From NCBI GenBank assembly GCA_963764715.1, contig CAVXTP010000022.1:448001-512000 (forward strand): a stretch of DNA of 64,000 nucleotides. The letters are read 5' to 3'. The DNA comes from an uncultured Acidobacteriota bacterium (lineage in GTDB: Bacteria; Acidobacteriota; Thermoanaerobaculia; UBA5066; Gp7-AA6). This document shows, piece by piece, positions 14,200 through 24,244 of this stretch. The notes under the pieces were generated by a model that made no database searches, was not told the DNA's origin, and saw only the letters and a program-made list of their open reading frames with translations. The first letter of the stretch is position 1; each line of letters opens with the position of its first letter. The translations under genes were made by a program, and so were the position numbers.

Positions 14200-16194
14200 C
14201 TAGGGCTTCGTCCGGCCGGGACGCCTGCCCTCGATCTCGTCGATCGTCTTGACGACGACCCACTCGACGGATCGGTCCGCCTTCATCGCCTCGAGCGTCG
14301 GAAGCGCGGCCTTCGCCGCCGGGCCGATGTCGCCGAGGGCATAGGCGTAGGCGCGCAGGGCCTGACCCGACTCGCCCGGGACCTTGCAGGCGGCGATCAG
14401 CGCGGGCACCGCCGGCGCGGCCTTCGGGCCGAGCGTGCCGATGGCCGCGGCCGCCGCGGAGCGGACGTAGACCTCGGGGTCCTTGAGCCCGGCGACGAGC
14501 GCGTCGAGCGACGGCAGCGCCGCGGCACCCGCGTCGCGCAGCCCGACCGCCGCGAGCGTCCGCACCGCCGGGTCGGCGTCGGAGAGCTGCGCCGTCAGCG
14601 TCTTCACGTCGCCCGGCCGGAACGCCGACGGCCGGTCCTCGCCCGCCTTCGCCCAGGCCTCCCGGCCGACGCGCGCGAGAACGACGTTGTCGATGCCGGC
14701 CTTGTATCCGGTCGCCTCGGAGCGCTTGCCCGTGCAGACGAACGTGAGCGTGTGGCGGCCCTTCGTCAGGCGCGGCCAGCCGAGGGGAACGAGCTTGCCG
14801 ACGTAGGTTTCCCAGGCATAGCCGTCGTACTGACCGTCGTTGCGGATGTCGGCGCCCGGCTCGTGCTCGAGCTCGGCCGCCTTCGGCGGCTTGCCGTCGA
14901 GCCAGATCTCGTAGGTTCCGAAGTCGGAGGCCTGCGCGACCTGGGCCTGCAGCTCGTAGTCGCCGTCGGCGGGGACGTCGAACGGAACCTCGATCCGCGA
15001 GCCCGGACCCTCGGCGGCGAAGATGATGACGTCCTTTCCCCAGAAGAGCTCCGGGAAGATCGTCGCGGTGCCGCCCTGCATCTTCGCCTCGGGCAGGGCC
15101 TTCTCGAGCTCGATCTGAAGAGCGTTGCCCTGCGGCAGCCGCGCGCGGCCGTAGGGCACCGCCGGCTGGTCGGTCGCGACGCCCTGCTGGTACCAGTACG
15201 CGACGCTCGACATGTGATCCTCGCGCACGCCGAACGCCGTGCGCACGGTGCCGTCGGGCTTGTAGGTCCAACCCTTGTGCTCGATCTCGACGCGGATGGA
15301 CTTCGTGAAGGGCACCGGTTCTGTCAGGTGCCAGCGGTACGCCGTCATCCGCGCGCCCAGGCCCTCGCCGTCGGCGACCGTGACGCCGGTGTAGTCGCCG
15401 TCGACGACGTGGAGGCCCCAGGCGTCGTTGAAGTAGTCCTCCGATCCCGTGCCCTGGATCGAGGCGACCTTCTCGCCGTCGACGTAGAACATGTCGTCGC
15501 CTTCGCCGAACCAGCCCGGCTCGGCCTGGATGACATTGAGCACGGTGCCGACGTAGAAGCCCCGCCCCTTCGTCTCGAGGAAGACGTAGGGCTTGCCGTC
15601 GGCCGGAGCGGGAAGCTCCTGCCGGTAGCGTGCGTGGAAGTACGCCGTGTCGGGCGGCAGGGACGGCATGCGCTGCCAGTCGACGTGGTAATAGAGCCCG
15701 GTGTAGCGCGAGCTCTCGTTGGTGACCGTGATGCGGCAGCGCTGGCGGAACGGCATCGGCCAGTAGCTGTTGCGCGCCCGCCCGTCGGAGCTGTCCCGGA
15801 TCATCAGCGACTTGACGTTGCGCTCGAGGCCGTGGCCGACGGCGAAGAAGTCGCCCAGCGGCGCGTCGACCGAGGCGACGTCGCTGCCGTCGTAGTAGGC
15901 CCGGATCCGGAGCAGGCGCGGCCAGGCGTACAGCGTGCCCGAGGAGGTCGTCCAGATGTGCGTGACGATGCCGGGGCCCTCGAGGTCCGCGATCGTCAGC
16001 GTCTCTCCAGGAAACAGGTGCGCGCTGTCGTCGTTCCAGTCCGGGTAGCGGGAGTTGGACGAGGACCGCTGGGCCTTGAAATCCTTGAGCTGCGAGAACG
16101 CGAGCGGATCGAACGGCCCGGTGATCGAGGGCTGGGCCGCGGCCGCCGACGCCACGATTCCGGCGAGAAGTCCCAGGACGAGGCTCTTCCGCAT
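14200..16194 (-). CDS. Secreted DUF2961/GH172-like protein with beta-sandwich module and C-terminal HEAT repeats
   Basis: Signal peptide; [39 protein letters not shown]; tail [13 protein letters not shown] / [17 protein letters not shown]; SD GGAGGAG. Confidence 0.82.
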   Translation of the reverse strand: MRKSLVLGLLAGIVASAAAAQPSITGPFDPLAFSQLKDFKAQRSSSNSRYPDWNDDSAHLFPGETLTIADLEGPGIVTHIWTTSSGTLYAWPRLLRIRAYYDGSDVASVDAPLGDFFAVGHGLERNVKSLMIRDSSDGRARNSYWPMPFRQRCRITVTNESSRYTGLYYHVDWQRMPSLPPDTAYFHARYRQELPAPADGKPYVFLETKGRGFYVGTVLNVIQAEPGWFGEGDDMFYVDGEKVASIQGTGSEDYFNDAWGLHVVDGDYTGVTVADGEGLGARMTAYRWHLTEPVPFTKSIRVEIEHKGWTYKPDGTVRTAFGVREDHMSSVAYWYQQGVATDQPAVPYGRARLPQGNALQIELEKALPEAKMQGGTATIFPELFWGKDVIIFAAEGPGSRIEVPFDVPADGDYELQAQVAQASDFGTYEIWLDGKPPKAAELEHEPGADIRNDGQYDGYAWETYVGKLVPLGWPRLTKGRHTLTFVCTGKRSEATGYKAGIDNVVLARVGREAWAKAGEDRPSAFRPGDVKTLTAQLSDADPAVRTLAAVGLRDAGAAALPSLDALVAGLKDPEVYVRSAAAAAIGTLGPKAAPAVPALIAACKVPGESGQALRAYAYALGDIGPAAKAALPTLEAMKADRSVEWVVVKTIDEIEGRRPGRTKP

Positions 16195-16262
16195 TTCTCC
16201 TCCGTTTCGGGGCTGGACGGGGAGTATAGCGGCCCGCCGCGCCGCGCTATATTGGGGCCGCC

Positions 16263-17309
16263 ATGGACGACCGCAGCCCCGCCGCGCGCTTTCTCGACGC
16301 CTGCCGTTCCCGGCCGGTCGACCGGCCGCCCGTGTGGATGATGCGGCAGGCCGGCCGCTACTTGCCGGAGTACCGCGAGGTCCGCCAGGGGGTCTCCTTC
16401 ATGGAGCTCTGCCGGTCGGTCGACCTCGCGACCGAGGTGTCCCTCCAGCCCTTCCGCCGGTTTTCGCCCGACGCCGTCATCTTCTTCTCGGACATCCTGG
16501 TCCCGGTCGCGGCGATGGGCGCGCGCGTCGAGTTCGGCGACGCCGGGCCCGACCTTCCGGAGCCCGTGCGGGACGCGGTGGCCGTCGCGAAGCTCGCCCG
16601 CTTCGATCCGGGCGCGGAGATCGCCTTCACCGGGGAGATCCTCTCCCGCATCCGCCGGGAGGTCGCGGGCCGCGCCGCCGTCCTCGGCTTCTGCGGCGCG
16701 CCCTGGACGCTGGCCTCGTATCTCGTCGAAGGCGGGGGCTCGAAGAGCTTTGCGGAGATCAAGACGATGATGGGCCGGGACCCGGCCACGCTCCGGCGGC
16801 TGCTCGATCTGCTCGCCGACGTCGTCGGCGAAGTGCTGTCGTTCCAACTCGCCTCGGGCGCCGACGCGGTCCAGATGTTCGACACGTGGGCGGGCGAGCT
16901 GACGCGCGAGGACTACCGCGAGTGGGCGCTGCCGGCCGCGGCGCGGGCGATCTCCGGGATCCGGCGGAGCGGCCAGCCCGTCATTCTGTACATCAACGGC
17001 TGCGCCCACCTCGTCGAGGCCATGGCGGAGTCGGGCGCGGACGTCCTCTCGATCGACTGGCGCCTTCCGCTTTCGGAGGCCCGCCGGCGGGTTCCGGGCC
17101 GGCCGCTCCAGGGCAACCTGGATCCCGGCGTCCTCCTCGGCGAGCCCGCCGAGGTCGCGCGGCGCACGCGCGCCATGCTCGAGGAGACGCGCGGGGAGGC
17201 TCACATCGTCAACCTCGGCCACGGAATCCTCCCCGGTGCCCGGCTCGAGTGCGTCGAGGCCTTCTTCGAGGCGGCCCGCCGCGGCGCGGCCGTTCCGGCC
17301 ACCGCATGA
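16263..17309 (+). CDS. hemE: Uroporphyrinogen decarboxylase
   Basis: PVWMMRQAGRYLPEY, IFFSDIL, GFCGAPWTLASY, QGNLDP, NLGHGI. Confidence 0.96.
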   Translation: MDDRSPAARFLDACRSRPVDRPPVWMMRQAGRYLPEYREVRQGVSFMELCRSVDLATEVSLQPFRRFSPDAVIFFSDILVPVAAMGARVEFGDAGPDLPEPVRDAVAVAKLARFDPGAEIAFTGEILSRIRREVAGRAAVLGFCGAPWTLASYLVEGGGSKSFAEIKTMMGRDPATLRRLLDLLADVVGEVLSFQLASGADAVQMFDTWAGELTREDYREWALPAAARAISGIRRSGQPVILYINGCAHLVEAMAESGADVLSIDWRLPLSEARRRVPGRPLQGNLDPGVLLGEPAEVARRTRAMLEETRGEAHIVNLGHGILPGARLECVEAFFEAARRGAAVPATA

Positions 17310-18697
17310 GCAGCGTGCGCGACGTCTCGCTCGCGCTCCTGCGCCGCTACAACGTGCAGGGTCCGCGCTACACCTCGTACCCGACGGCGCCGATGTGGGG
17401 CGAGAACTTCGGGGCCGACGCCTACCATGCGATCCTGGCCGAGAGCGCGGCCACGGCGAGCCCCGCGCCCCTCTCGCTCTACTTCCATCTCCCGTTCTGC
17501 GAGAAGCTCTGCTTCTTCTGCGGCTGCACCGTCGTCATCACGGGCACCCACCACGTCGCGGAAGGCTCCTATCTCGACCTCGTCGAGAGGGAGATCGACT
17601 GGGTCGCCCGCGCGGCCGGCGCCGAGCGTGGCCGGAAGGTCGTCCAGGTCCACTGGGGCGGCGGGACCCCGACCTACTTTCCCCCGCCGCTCCTCGAGCG
17701 CCTCGGCCGGACGATCCGGGAGCGCTTCGACGTCGTCCCCGACGCCGAGCTCGGCGTGGAGGTCGATCCGCGGGTCACGACCCCCGCGCACCTCGAAGCG
17801 CTCGCCGGCCTCGGCTTCAACCGACTGAGCATGGGCGTCCAGGACTTCGACCCGCGCGTGCAGCAGGCGGTCAACCGCATCCAGCCCTTCGAGGCCACGC
17901 GGGACCTCGTCCGCAGCGCGCGCGCCCTCGGGTTCCCGAGCGTCAACATCGACCTCATCTACGGTCTCCCCTACCAGACGCCGTCGGGCTTCTCGACCAC
18001 GATCGACCGGGTCCTCGAGATCGACCCGGACCGGCTCGCGGTCTACTCCTACGCCAACGTCCCCTGGATGAAGAAGCACCAGAGCCTGCTCGAACCGCAC
18101 CTTCCCGACGAGGCCGGGAAGTTCGAGATCTTCCGCACCGCGCTCGACCGCTTCACGGACGCCGGCTACGAGTACATCGGGATGGACCACTTCGCGCGGC
18201 CCGACGACGAGCTCGCCCGGGCCCGGCGGGACCGCACGCTCCACAGAAACTTCCAGGGCTACACGACCAAGGCCGGCACGGACCTGCTCGGCTTCGGGAT
18301 GAGCGCCATCGGGTCGGTCGGCCGGCACTACGTCCAGAACCGCCGGGAGCTCGCCGAGTATCGGGCGCAGGTCGGCGCCGCGGGCGCCGCGACGTTCCGG
18401 GGCGCGCGGCTCTCCGCCGACGACGAGCTGCGGCGGGACGTCATCCAGAGCCTCCTGTGCCACGGCGTGGTGGTGAAGGCCGAGATCGAGGCCCGGTACG
18501 GGATCCGGTTCGACGAAGAGTTCGCCTCCGCGCTCGAGGCCCTGGCGCCCGCGGTGGCCGACGGGCTCGTCGTGCTCGAGCCCGGTGAGGTCCGCGCGAC
18601 CGCCCTCGGCCGCGTCTTCCTGCGCAACCTCGCCATGCCCTTCGACGCGTACCTCGGCCGCACGGCGGAGAAGCCCGTCTTCTCGCGCACGTTGTGA
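17306..18697 (+). CDS. hemN: Oxygen-independent coproporphyrinogen III oxidase (radical SAM)
   Basis: GPRYTSYPTA, CEKLCFFCGC (CxxxCxxC), HWGGGTPT, IGMDHFA, RNFQGY, FSRTL end; ATGA overlap with hemE. Confidence 0.95.
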   Translation: MSSVRDVSLALLRRYNVQGPRYTSYPTAPMWGENFGADAYHAILAESAATASPAPLSLYFHLPFCEKLCFFCGCTVVITGTHHVAEGSYLDLVEREIDWVARAAGAERGRKVVQVHWGGGTPTYFPPPLLERLGRTIRERFDVVPDAELGVEVDPRVTTPAHLEALAGLGFNRLSMGVQDFDPRVQQAVNRIQPFEATRDLVRSARALGFPSVNIDLIYGLPYQTPSGFSTTIDRVLEIDPDRLAVYSYANVPWMKKHQSLLEPHLPDEAGKFEIFRTALDRFTDAGYEYIGMDHFARPDDELARARRDRTLHRNFQGYTTKAGTDLLGFGMSAIGSVGRHYVQNRRELAEYRAQVGAAGAATFRGARLSADDELRRDVIQSLLCHGVVVKAEIEARYGIRFDEEFASALEALAPAVADGLVVLEPGEVRATALGRVFLRNLAMPFDAYLGRTAEKPVFSRTL

Positions 18698-19677
18698 CGC
18701 GCCGCGCGATCCTCTTTCTTCAGCTCGGCGGGCCGGCGACCCTCGAGGAGGTCCCGGCGTTTCTCTACCGCCTGTTTTCCGATCCGGACGTCATCCGGGT
18801 CCGGCCGGCCCTGCTCCGCAAGGCGATCGCCGCGGCCATCGCCGTCGGGCGCAAGAAGGCCTCCCGCGCGCTCTACGCGTCGATCGGAGGCGGCTCCCCC
18901 ATCCTCCCGCTGACGCGCGAGCAGGCCGCGGGCGTCGAGCGGGTCCTGCGCGCCGAGGGGCTCGACGTCGTCTGCCGGGCCGCGATGAACTGCTCGGCGC
19001 CCCTCGTCGAGGACGTCGTCCGGGAGCTGACGGCCGCGGGCGTCGACCGCTTCCTCGCCCTTCCCCTCTACCCCCAGTACTCGCTGACCACGACCAAGGG
19101 GGCCCTCGAACGCAGCCGCGACGCCGTCGCCGCCTCGGCTCCCGCGGCGAAGTTCCACGAGATCGGCTCCTGGCCCACGCATCCCCTCTTCGTCCAGGCG
19201 CACGCCGAGTCGATCCGGGAGGAGCTCGCCCGCTTCGAGGACCCGCGCCCCGAGGCCGTGCATCTGCTCTTCTCGGCGCACTCGATCCCGAAGAAGCTCG
19301 TGACGCGCTCGGGCGATCCCTACGCTTCCGAGGTGGACGCGAGCGTGCGGGCGATCCTCGCCCGCCTCGCGTGGAACGGCCCGTGGTCGCTCGCCTACCA
19401 GTCGAAGCTGGGCCCGGTCGAGTGGCTCGGGCCGCCGACGCTCGAGGTCATTCGCGAGCTCGGCCGGGCCGGCCAGCGGCAGGTCCTCGCCGTCCCGATC
19501 GCCTTCGTCACCGACCACGTCGAGACGCTGTACGAGATCGACCAGCTCTTCGGGGAGGAGGCCCGGACCGCCGGCATCGCGCGGTTTCTCCGGACCCCCG
19601 GGCTCAACAGCCGGCCCACGTTCCTGCGGGCCCTCGCGGACCTCGTCCGCTCGGCCGACGGGTTCTGGAAGGACTGA
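18694..19677 (+). CDS. hemH: Ferrochelatase
   Basis: LQLGGP, IGGGSP, PLYPQYS, FSAHSIP, YQSKLGP, FVTDHVETLYEID. Confidence 0.95.
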   Translation: MTRRAILFLQLGGPATLEEVPAFLYRLFSDPDVIRVRPALLRKAIAAAIAVGRKKASRALYASIGGGSPILPLTREQAAGVERVLRAEGLDVVCRAAMNCSAPLVEDVVRELTAAGVDRFLALPLYPQYSLTTTKGALERSRDAVAASAPAAKFHEIGSWPTHPLFVQAHAESIREELARFEDPRPEAVHLLFSAHSIPKKLVTRSGDPYASEVDASVRAILARLAWNGPWSLAYQSKLGPVEWLGPPTLEVIRELGRAGQRQVLAVPIAFVTDHVETLYEIDQLFGEEARTAGIARFLRTPGLNSRPTFLRALADLVRSADGFWKD

Positions 19678-21017
19678 TGCCGCAGACGGCGTCCACGGTC
19701 GTCGTCGGCGCGGGGCTCTCGGGCCTCGCGGCGGCGTTGAAGCGGGTCCGCGCCGGCGTCGATACCGTCCTCCTCGAGCGCGACGCGCGTCCCGGCGGGG
19801 TGGTCCGATCCGAGCGGCGCGACGGCTTTCTCCTCGAGAAGGGACCCAACACCGTCCGGCCGACCGAGGCGGTCATGCGGCTGGCGGCCGATCTCGGGCT
19901 CGGCGCCGAGGTCCTCCTGAGCGATCCGAAGCTTCCGCGGTACGTCGACTTCCGCGGGGAGCTCCATGCGCTGCCGTCCTCGCCCGGCTCGCTCTTCTCG
20001 ACGCGGCTCCTGTCGGCCGCGGGCAAGTGGCGGATCTTCGGAGAGCCGTTTCGCCGGGGCGGCAGGCCGCCCGAAGAGAGCGTCCGCGACTTTTTCGCGC
20101 GGCGCCTGGGCCCGGAGATCGCCGACCGGATCGTGACGCCGTTCGTCGGGGGGATCTTCGCGGGCGATCCGGCCCGTCTCGCCGTGGCGGAAGCCTTCCC
20201 GTCCCTCGCGCGCTGGGAGCGGGAGCACGGAAGCATCGTCCGGGGCGCGATCCGCGAGGCCCGGTCGAAGCGCCGCCAGTCGCCCACGCCTGCGCCCGCG
20301 CCGAAGGTCCGCGGGCTCCTGTCCTTCCGCGACGGTCTCGAGACGCTCCCGCTCGCCATGGCGCGCGCCCTGGGGCCGGCCTTCCGCCCGTCCTCCGGCG
20401 CGGTGGAGCTCTCCCCGCGCCCGGGCGGCTGGCGCGTCACGACGGCCGCCGGCGAGTGGGACGCCGCGGAGGTCATTCTCGCGGCGCCGGCGACCGCCGC
20501 CGCCGAGCTCGTCCGGCCGTTCGCGGCCGACGCCGCCGCGGCCCTCGCCGCCGTGCCGCACCCTCCGCTCGCCGTCCTGCACCTCGCGTGGCCCACGGCG
20601 TCCCTCGCCCGTCCCTTCCACGGCTTCGGCCACCTCGTCGTTCCGGACCCGTCGCGGCGGGTGCTCGGCGCCGTGTGGAGCTCGAGTCTCTTTCCCGACC
20701 GCGCGCCCGCCGGCCAGGTCCTCGTCACGGTCTTCCTGGGCGGCGCGCGCGACCCGGACGCTTTCGCGCTCTCGGACGACGAGCTCGTCGCCGCGGCGGG
20801 CCGCGATCTCGAGGCCGAGGGTATCGTGCGCGGGAAGCCCCGGCTCGTGCTCCTGACACGCTGGCCGCGGGCCATCCCGCAGTACGAGCGCGGCCACGGC
20901 GCGCGCATCGAGGCCCTCGCGAAGGCCGAGGCCCGACTTCCCGGACTCCGGTTCGTCGGGAACTACCGCGCCGGCATCTCGGTCGGCGACGTCCTCGCCT
21001 CGGCGTTCGCCGTCTAG
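19677..21017 (+). CDS. hemG: Protoporphyrinogen oxidase (HemY-type FAD enzyme)
   Basis: VVGAGLSGL, GFLLEKGPN, GGIFAGD, FGHLV, WPRAIPQY, GNYRAGISV; TGATG overlap. Confidence 0.92.
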   Translation: MPQTASTVVVGAGLSGLAAALKRVRAGVDTVLLERDARPGGVVRSERRDGFLLEKGPNTVRPTEAVMRLAADLGLGAEVLLSDPKLPRYVDFRGELHALPSSPGSLFSTRLLSAAGKWRIFGEPFRRGGRPPEESVRDFFARRLGPEIADRIVTPFVGGIFAGDPARLAVAEAFPSLARWEREHGSIVRGAIREARSKRRQSPTPAPAPKVRGLLSFRDGLETLPLAMARALGPAFRPSSGAVELSPRPGGWRVTTAAGEWDAAEVILAAPATAAAELVRPFAADAAAALAAVPHPPLAVLHLAWPTASLARPFHGFGHLVVPDPSRRVLGAVWSSSLFPDRAPAGQVLVTVFLGGARDPDAFALSDDELVAAAGRDLEAEGIVRGKPRLVLLTRWPRAIPQYERGHGARIEALAKAEARLPGLRFVGNYRAGISVGDVLASAFAV

Positions 21018-21532
21018 TCCTCCTCGTTCCCGGGCGGCGTGAGCGCCTTCTCCTCCTCCGGCGTGAGCTCGGGAAGGTGGCGAAGGAACGCGACGATCTT
21101 CCAGATCTCCTCTTCCCGGTGCGTCGGCCCGAACGCCGGCATGCCCGTCATGCGCAGCCCGTTCTGGACGATCCAGAAGAGCTCGCCGTCGGTCCGGGCC
21201 TGGACCTTCGGGAGCGTCAGATCGGGCGCCGGTGGATTGAGGCCTTCGCCGATCTCGGACGGGTCGACGCCGGGCGCGCCGTGGCAGGTCACGCACATGG
21301 ACCTGTAGTGCACGAGGCCGGCGGCACGGTTCTCGGCGGTTGGCGCCGTCGGGTTGGGCCTGCGCGGAGCGCGCCGGGCGACGGAACGGTCGACGGCGAA
21401 AGTCGCGAGCTTGCGTTCGAGGTCGCCGGGCGGCGACGTCGCGCCGACGGACATGACTCCGCTCGCGATCACGAGTCCCGCCGCGAGGGCGAGTAAGACG
21501 AGGCCGGCCACGAGTCCGGACAGGAACTTCAT
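21014..21532 (-). CDS. Membrane-anchored monoheme c-type cytochrome
   Basis: N-terminal TM helix; CVTCH heme motif; GLRMTGMPAF axial Met; SD GGAGGAG. Confidence 0.88.
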   Translation of the reverse strand: MKFLSGLVAGLVLLALAAGLVIASGVMSVGATSPPGDLERKLATFAVDRSVARRAPRRPNPTAPTAENRAAGLVHYRSMCVTCHGAPGVDPSEIGEGLNPPAPDLTLPKVQARTDGELFWIVQNGLRMTGMPAFGPTHREEEIWKIVAFLRHLPELTPEEEKALTPPGNEED

Positions 21533-21571
21533 CGCTCCTCCCCTGCTCGGGGCCGATGATACGCTGACGCC

Positions 21572-22021
21572 ATGGCGCAGAAGCGCATCATCGTCGCCAT
21601 CGATTTCTCCAAGGACTCCCTCCGGGCCCTTGCTGCGGCCCGCGCGCTCGCGCGCCGAACCGGAGCCGGCCTGACGCTCGCCCACGTCCGGCCGTTTTCG
21701 GACGTGCGGGCCGCCGTCTCCGAGGAGCGCGGCGACCTGGTGCGCGCCGGCGGCCGCGTCCTCGTCCGCGAGCTCGCGGCGCACTACGCCAGACGGCTCG
21801 GCGCCCTGGCCCGGACGGGCGACGGCGACCAGATCCTCGTCCTCCGAGGCGCTCCCGAGATCGAGCTCGCGCGCGCGGCGCACCGGGGCTACGAGCTGCT
21901 CGTCATGGGCCGCCGCGGGCGCAACACCGTCTCCACCCTCCTGCTCGGCAGCACGGCCGAGAGGGTCCTTTCCCGCTCCAGCGTTCCCGTCCTCATCGTT
22001 CCCGGCCGCGGGCGCAGCTAG
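21572..22021 (+). CDS. Universal stress protein
   Basis: IIVAIDFSKDS; LLVMGRRG...LLGSTAERVL...PVLIV. Confidence 0.9.
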   Translation: MAQKRIIVAIDFSKDSLRALAAARALARRTGAGLTLAHVRPFSDVRAAVSEERGDLVRAGGRVLVRELAAHYARRLGALARTGDGDQILVLRGAPEIELARAAHRGYELLVMGRRGRNTVSTLLLGSTAERVLSRSSVPVLIVPGRGRS

Positions 22022-22032
22022 CTCTCAGGCGG

Positions 22033-23298
22033 TCAGAGGAAGGGCGCGAGCCGCTTCGCGATCTGGTCGCCCATCCGGTGGATCCCGCCCCGCGCCTGCC
22101 AGGAGGCGAGGCGGATCTCCTCGGACTGGCCCAGGTCCTTCACGAACTGCTCCTCCATCCGGGCGCCAGTCGCCTCGTCCAGGATCAGGAAGTTGCACTC
22201 GGCGTTGAGCTCGAAGGAGCGAAAGTCGAGGTTGCTCGAGCCCACGACCGAGAGGTATCCGTCGGCCACGAACGTCTTGGCGTGCAGGACGGCCGGTTGG
22301 TACTCGAAGATCCGGACGCCCCGCCGGAGCAGGCCGGAGAAGAACCCGTGCCCCGCGTGGCGGACGACGCCGACGTCGGTTCGTCCGGGAAGGAGCAGGC
22401 GCACGTCGACGCCGCGGCGGGCCGCGGCCCCGAGGATGTCGAGGCCCCGCCGGCGCGGGGCGAAATACGCCACGGTGATCCAGAGGCGCTCCCGCGCGGC
22501 CGACGCGATCGCCGCGAAGACCGAGCTGACTTCGCGCTGCCCGCGGCCCGGGCGCGAGTCGAGGACGAGGACCCGCGGGTCGGACCGCGCGTCGGCGGCC
22601 AGGGGCTCGAGACCCAGGCCCGCCCCGCCGGCGTCCTGCCACGCTTCCTGGAAGACGAGGGCGAGCCCCCAGGCCGCGCTCCCTTCGACGCGGGCGTGCG
22701 TGTCGCGCCAGAGGCCTTCCCGTGGCAGGAGCGACGATCCGTACTCGTCCCCGATGTTCATCCCTCCCGTGAAGGCGACCTTCCGGTCGGCCACGAGGAT
22801 CTTGCGGTGGTCCCGCCGGAGGAGGCGCAGCGGGAAGCCGAGCGGCCGAAAGAGGCGGGCGTCGACGCCGCCCCGCGCGAGCTCGTCCCAGAACGCCCGC
22901 CGCGTGCCGATCGACCCGATGCCGTCGGCGAGAACGCGCACGGTCACGCCGCGGCGGGCCGCCCGGAGCAGCGCCGCCTGGAACCGGCGGCCCGTGGGGT
23001 CGTCCTTGAAGATGTACGACTCGAGGAGGACCTCCTCGCGCGCGCCGTCGACCGCATGGAGCATGGCGTCGAACGCCTGCTGCCCGTCGAAGTACACCTC
23101 GGTCGCGACCGCGCCGTGGAAGCGGTCGTCGTCGATCCGTTCGATGAGGGCCGCGAGGCGGGGATCCCGGACGCCGTCGAGCGTCGAGGCCGTCGTGGCG
23201 GCCCGCCGGGGCGAAAGCTCGCGCGGAAGGTGCCGGCTGGGCGCCGGGCGCAGCCGAGGAAGCCGGCTCTCCCGGGTGCGGGGGCGTCCTCGCGCCAC
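22033..23298 (-). CDS. clsB: Cardiolipin synthase B-like phospholipase D
   Basis: Two HKD motifs (DHRKILVAD, LHAKTFVAD), GGMNIG, GSSNLD; no N-terminal TM; true start uncertain. Confidence 0.85.
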   Translation of the reverse strand: MARGRPRTRESRLPRLRPAPSRHLPRELSPRRAATTASTLDGVRDPRLAALIERIDDDRFHGAVATEVYFDGQQAFDAMLHAVDGAREEVLLESYIFKDDPTGRRFQAALLRAARRGVTVRVLADGIGSIGTRRAFWDELARGGVDARLFRPLGFPLRLLRRDHRKILVADRKVAFTGGMNIGDEYGSSLLPREGLWRDTHARVEGSAAWGLALVFQEAWQDAGGAGLGLEPLAADARSDPRVLVLDSRPGRGQREVSSVFAAIASAARERLWITVAYFAPRRRGLDILGAAARRGVDVRLLLPGRTDVGVVRHAGHGFFSGLLRRGVRIFEYQPAVLHAKTFVADGYLSVVGSSNLDFRSFELNAECNFLILDEATGARMEEQFVKDLGQSEEIRLASWQARGGIHRMGDQIAKRLAPFL

Positions 23299-23335
23299 CT
23301 AGCCCACGCGGTGGGCGCCGCCCCGGGGCCGCCGC

Positions 23336-24244
23336 TCACGCATGGCGCACCGCCGACCGGCAGTCCGCGTCGTCTTCGAGCTCGACCTGGATGGTGGCGT
23401 GATCGACGCCGGCGGTCTCGCGGAGCACGCTCTGGACGTTCCGGAGGATCTCGCTCCGCGAGCTCGCGGCGGCCGCCCGGATGTGGACGCTCGCCGAGTG
23501 CTGGCCCGACGTCAGGGTCCAGAAGTGGAGATCGTGGACCGCTTCGACGCCCGGCAGGGCGAGGATCGCGGAGCGCATCCCCGCCACGTCGATCTCCGCG
23601 GGAGCTCCCTCGAGAAGGATGTGGGCGGCTTCGCGCAGGATTCCGACGGCCCGCGGAAGCACGAGCAGGGCGATGCCCGCCGACACGAGGGCATCGAGGC
23701 CGTACCAGCCCGTGCGGGCCATGACGAGGGCGCCGGCGAGGACCCCGAGCGATCCGACCGCGTCGGCCAGGACCTCCAGGTACGCCGCCCGCATGTTCAG
23801 GCTGTCGCGCCGCGCCGCGCGCAGCAGCGCGATCGCCCCCACGTTGGCGGCGAGCCCGGCGGCCGCGACGGCGAGCATCAGGCCGGTGCGGATCGGGGCC
23901 GGCGAGTGAAACCGCCGCCAGGCCTCCCAGAGGATGCCGCCGGCGGCGAGCAGGAGAAGCTGGGCGTTGACGAAGGCCGCCAGCACCTCCGCGCGGGCGA
24001 GACCGAACGTGTGGCGGCCGGTCGGGGCGCGGTCCGAGAGCGCCATGCCGGCCCAGGCCAGCGTCAGCGCGGCGACGTCGGTGAACATGTGCGCGGCGTC
24101 GGCGAGCAGCGCGAGGCTTCCCGTGGCGAGCCCGCCGGCGACCTCCAGGCCGAGGACCGAGAGCGTGAGGATGAGGGCGGCGCGGATCCGGCTCCGGCGC
24201 CAGGCCCCGTCGGGCATGGTCGACGCCGGGGCGGCGGCGCTCAT
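23336..24244 (-). CDS. Cation diffusion facilitator (CzcD/ZitB-like) metal exporter
   Basis: SLALLADAAHMFTD, TFGLARAE, NMRAAYLEVLAD, VHDLHFW, HATIQVE. Confidence 0.9.
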   Translation of the reverse strand: MSAAAPASTMPDGAWRRSRIRAALILTLSVLGLEVAGGLATGSLALLADAAHMFTDVAALTLAWAGMALSDRAPTGRHTFGLARAEVLAAFVNAQLLLLAAGGILWEAWRRFHSPAPIRTGLMLAVAAAGLAANVGAIALLRAARRDSLNMRAAYLEVLADAVGSLGVLAGALVMARTGWYGLDALVSAGIALLVLPRAVGILREAAHILLEGAPAEIDVAGMRSAILALPGVEAVHDLHFWTLTSGQHSASVHIRAAAASSRSEILRNVQSVLRETAGVDHATIQVELEDDADCRSAVRHA

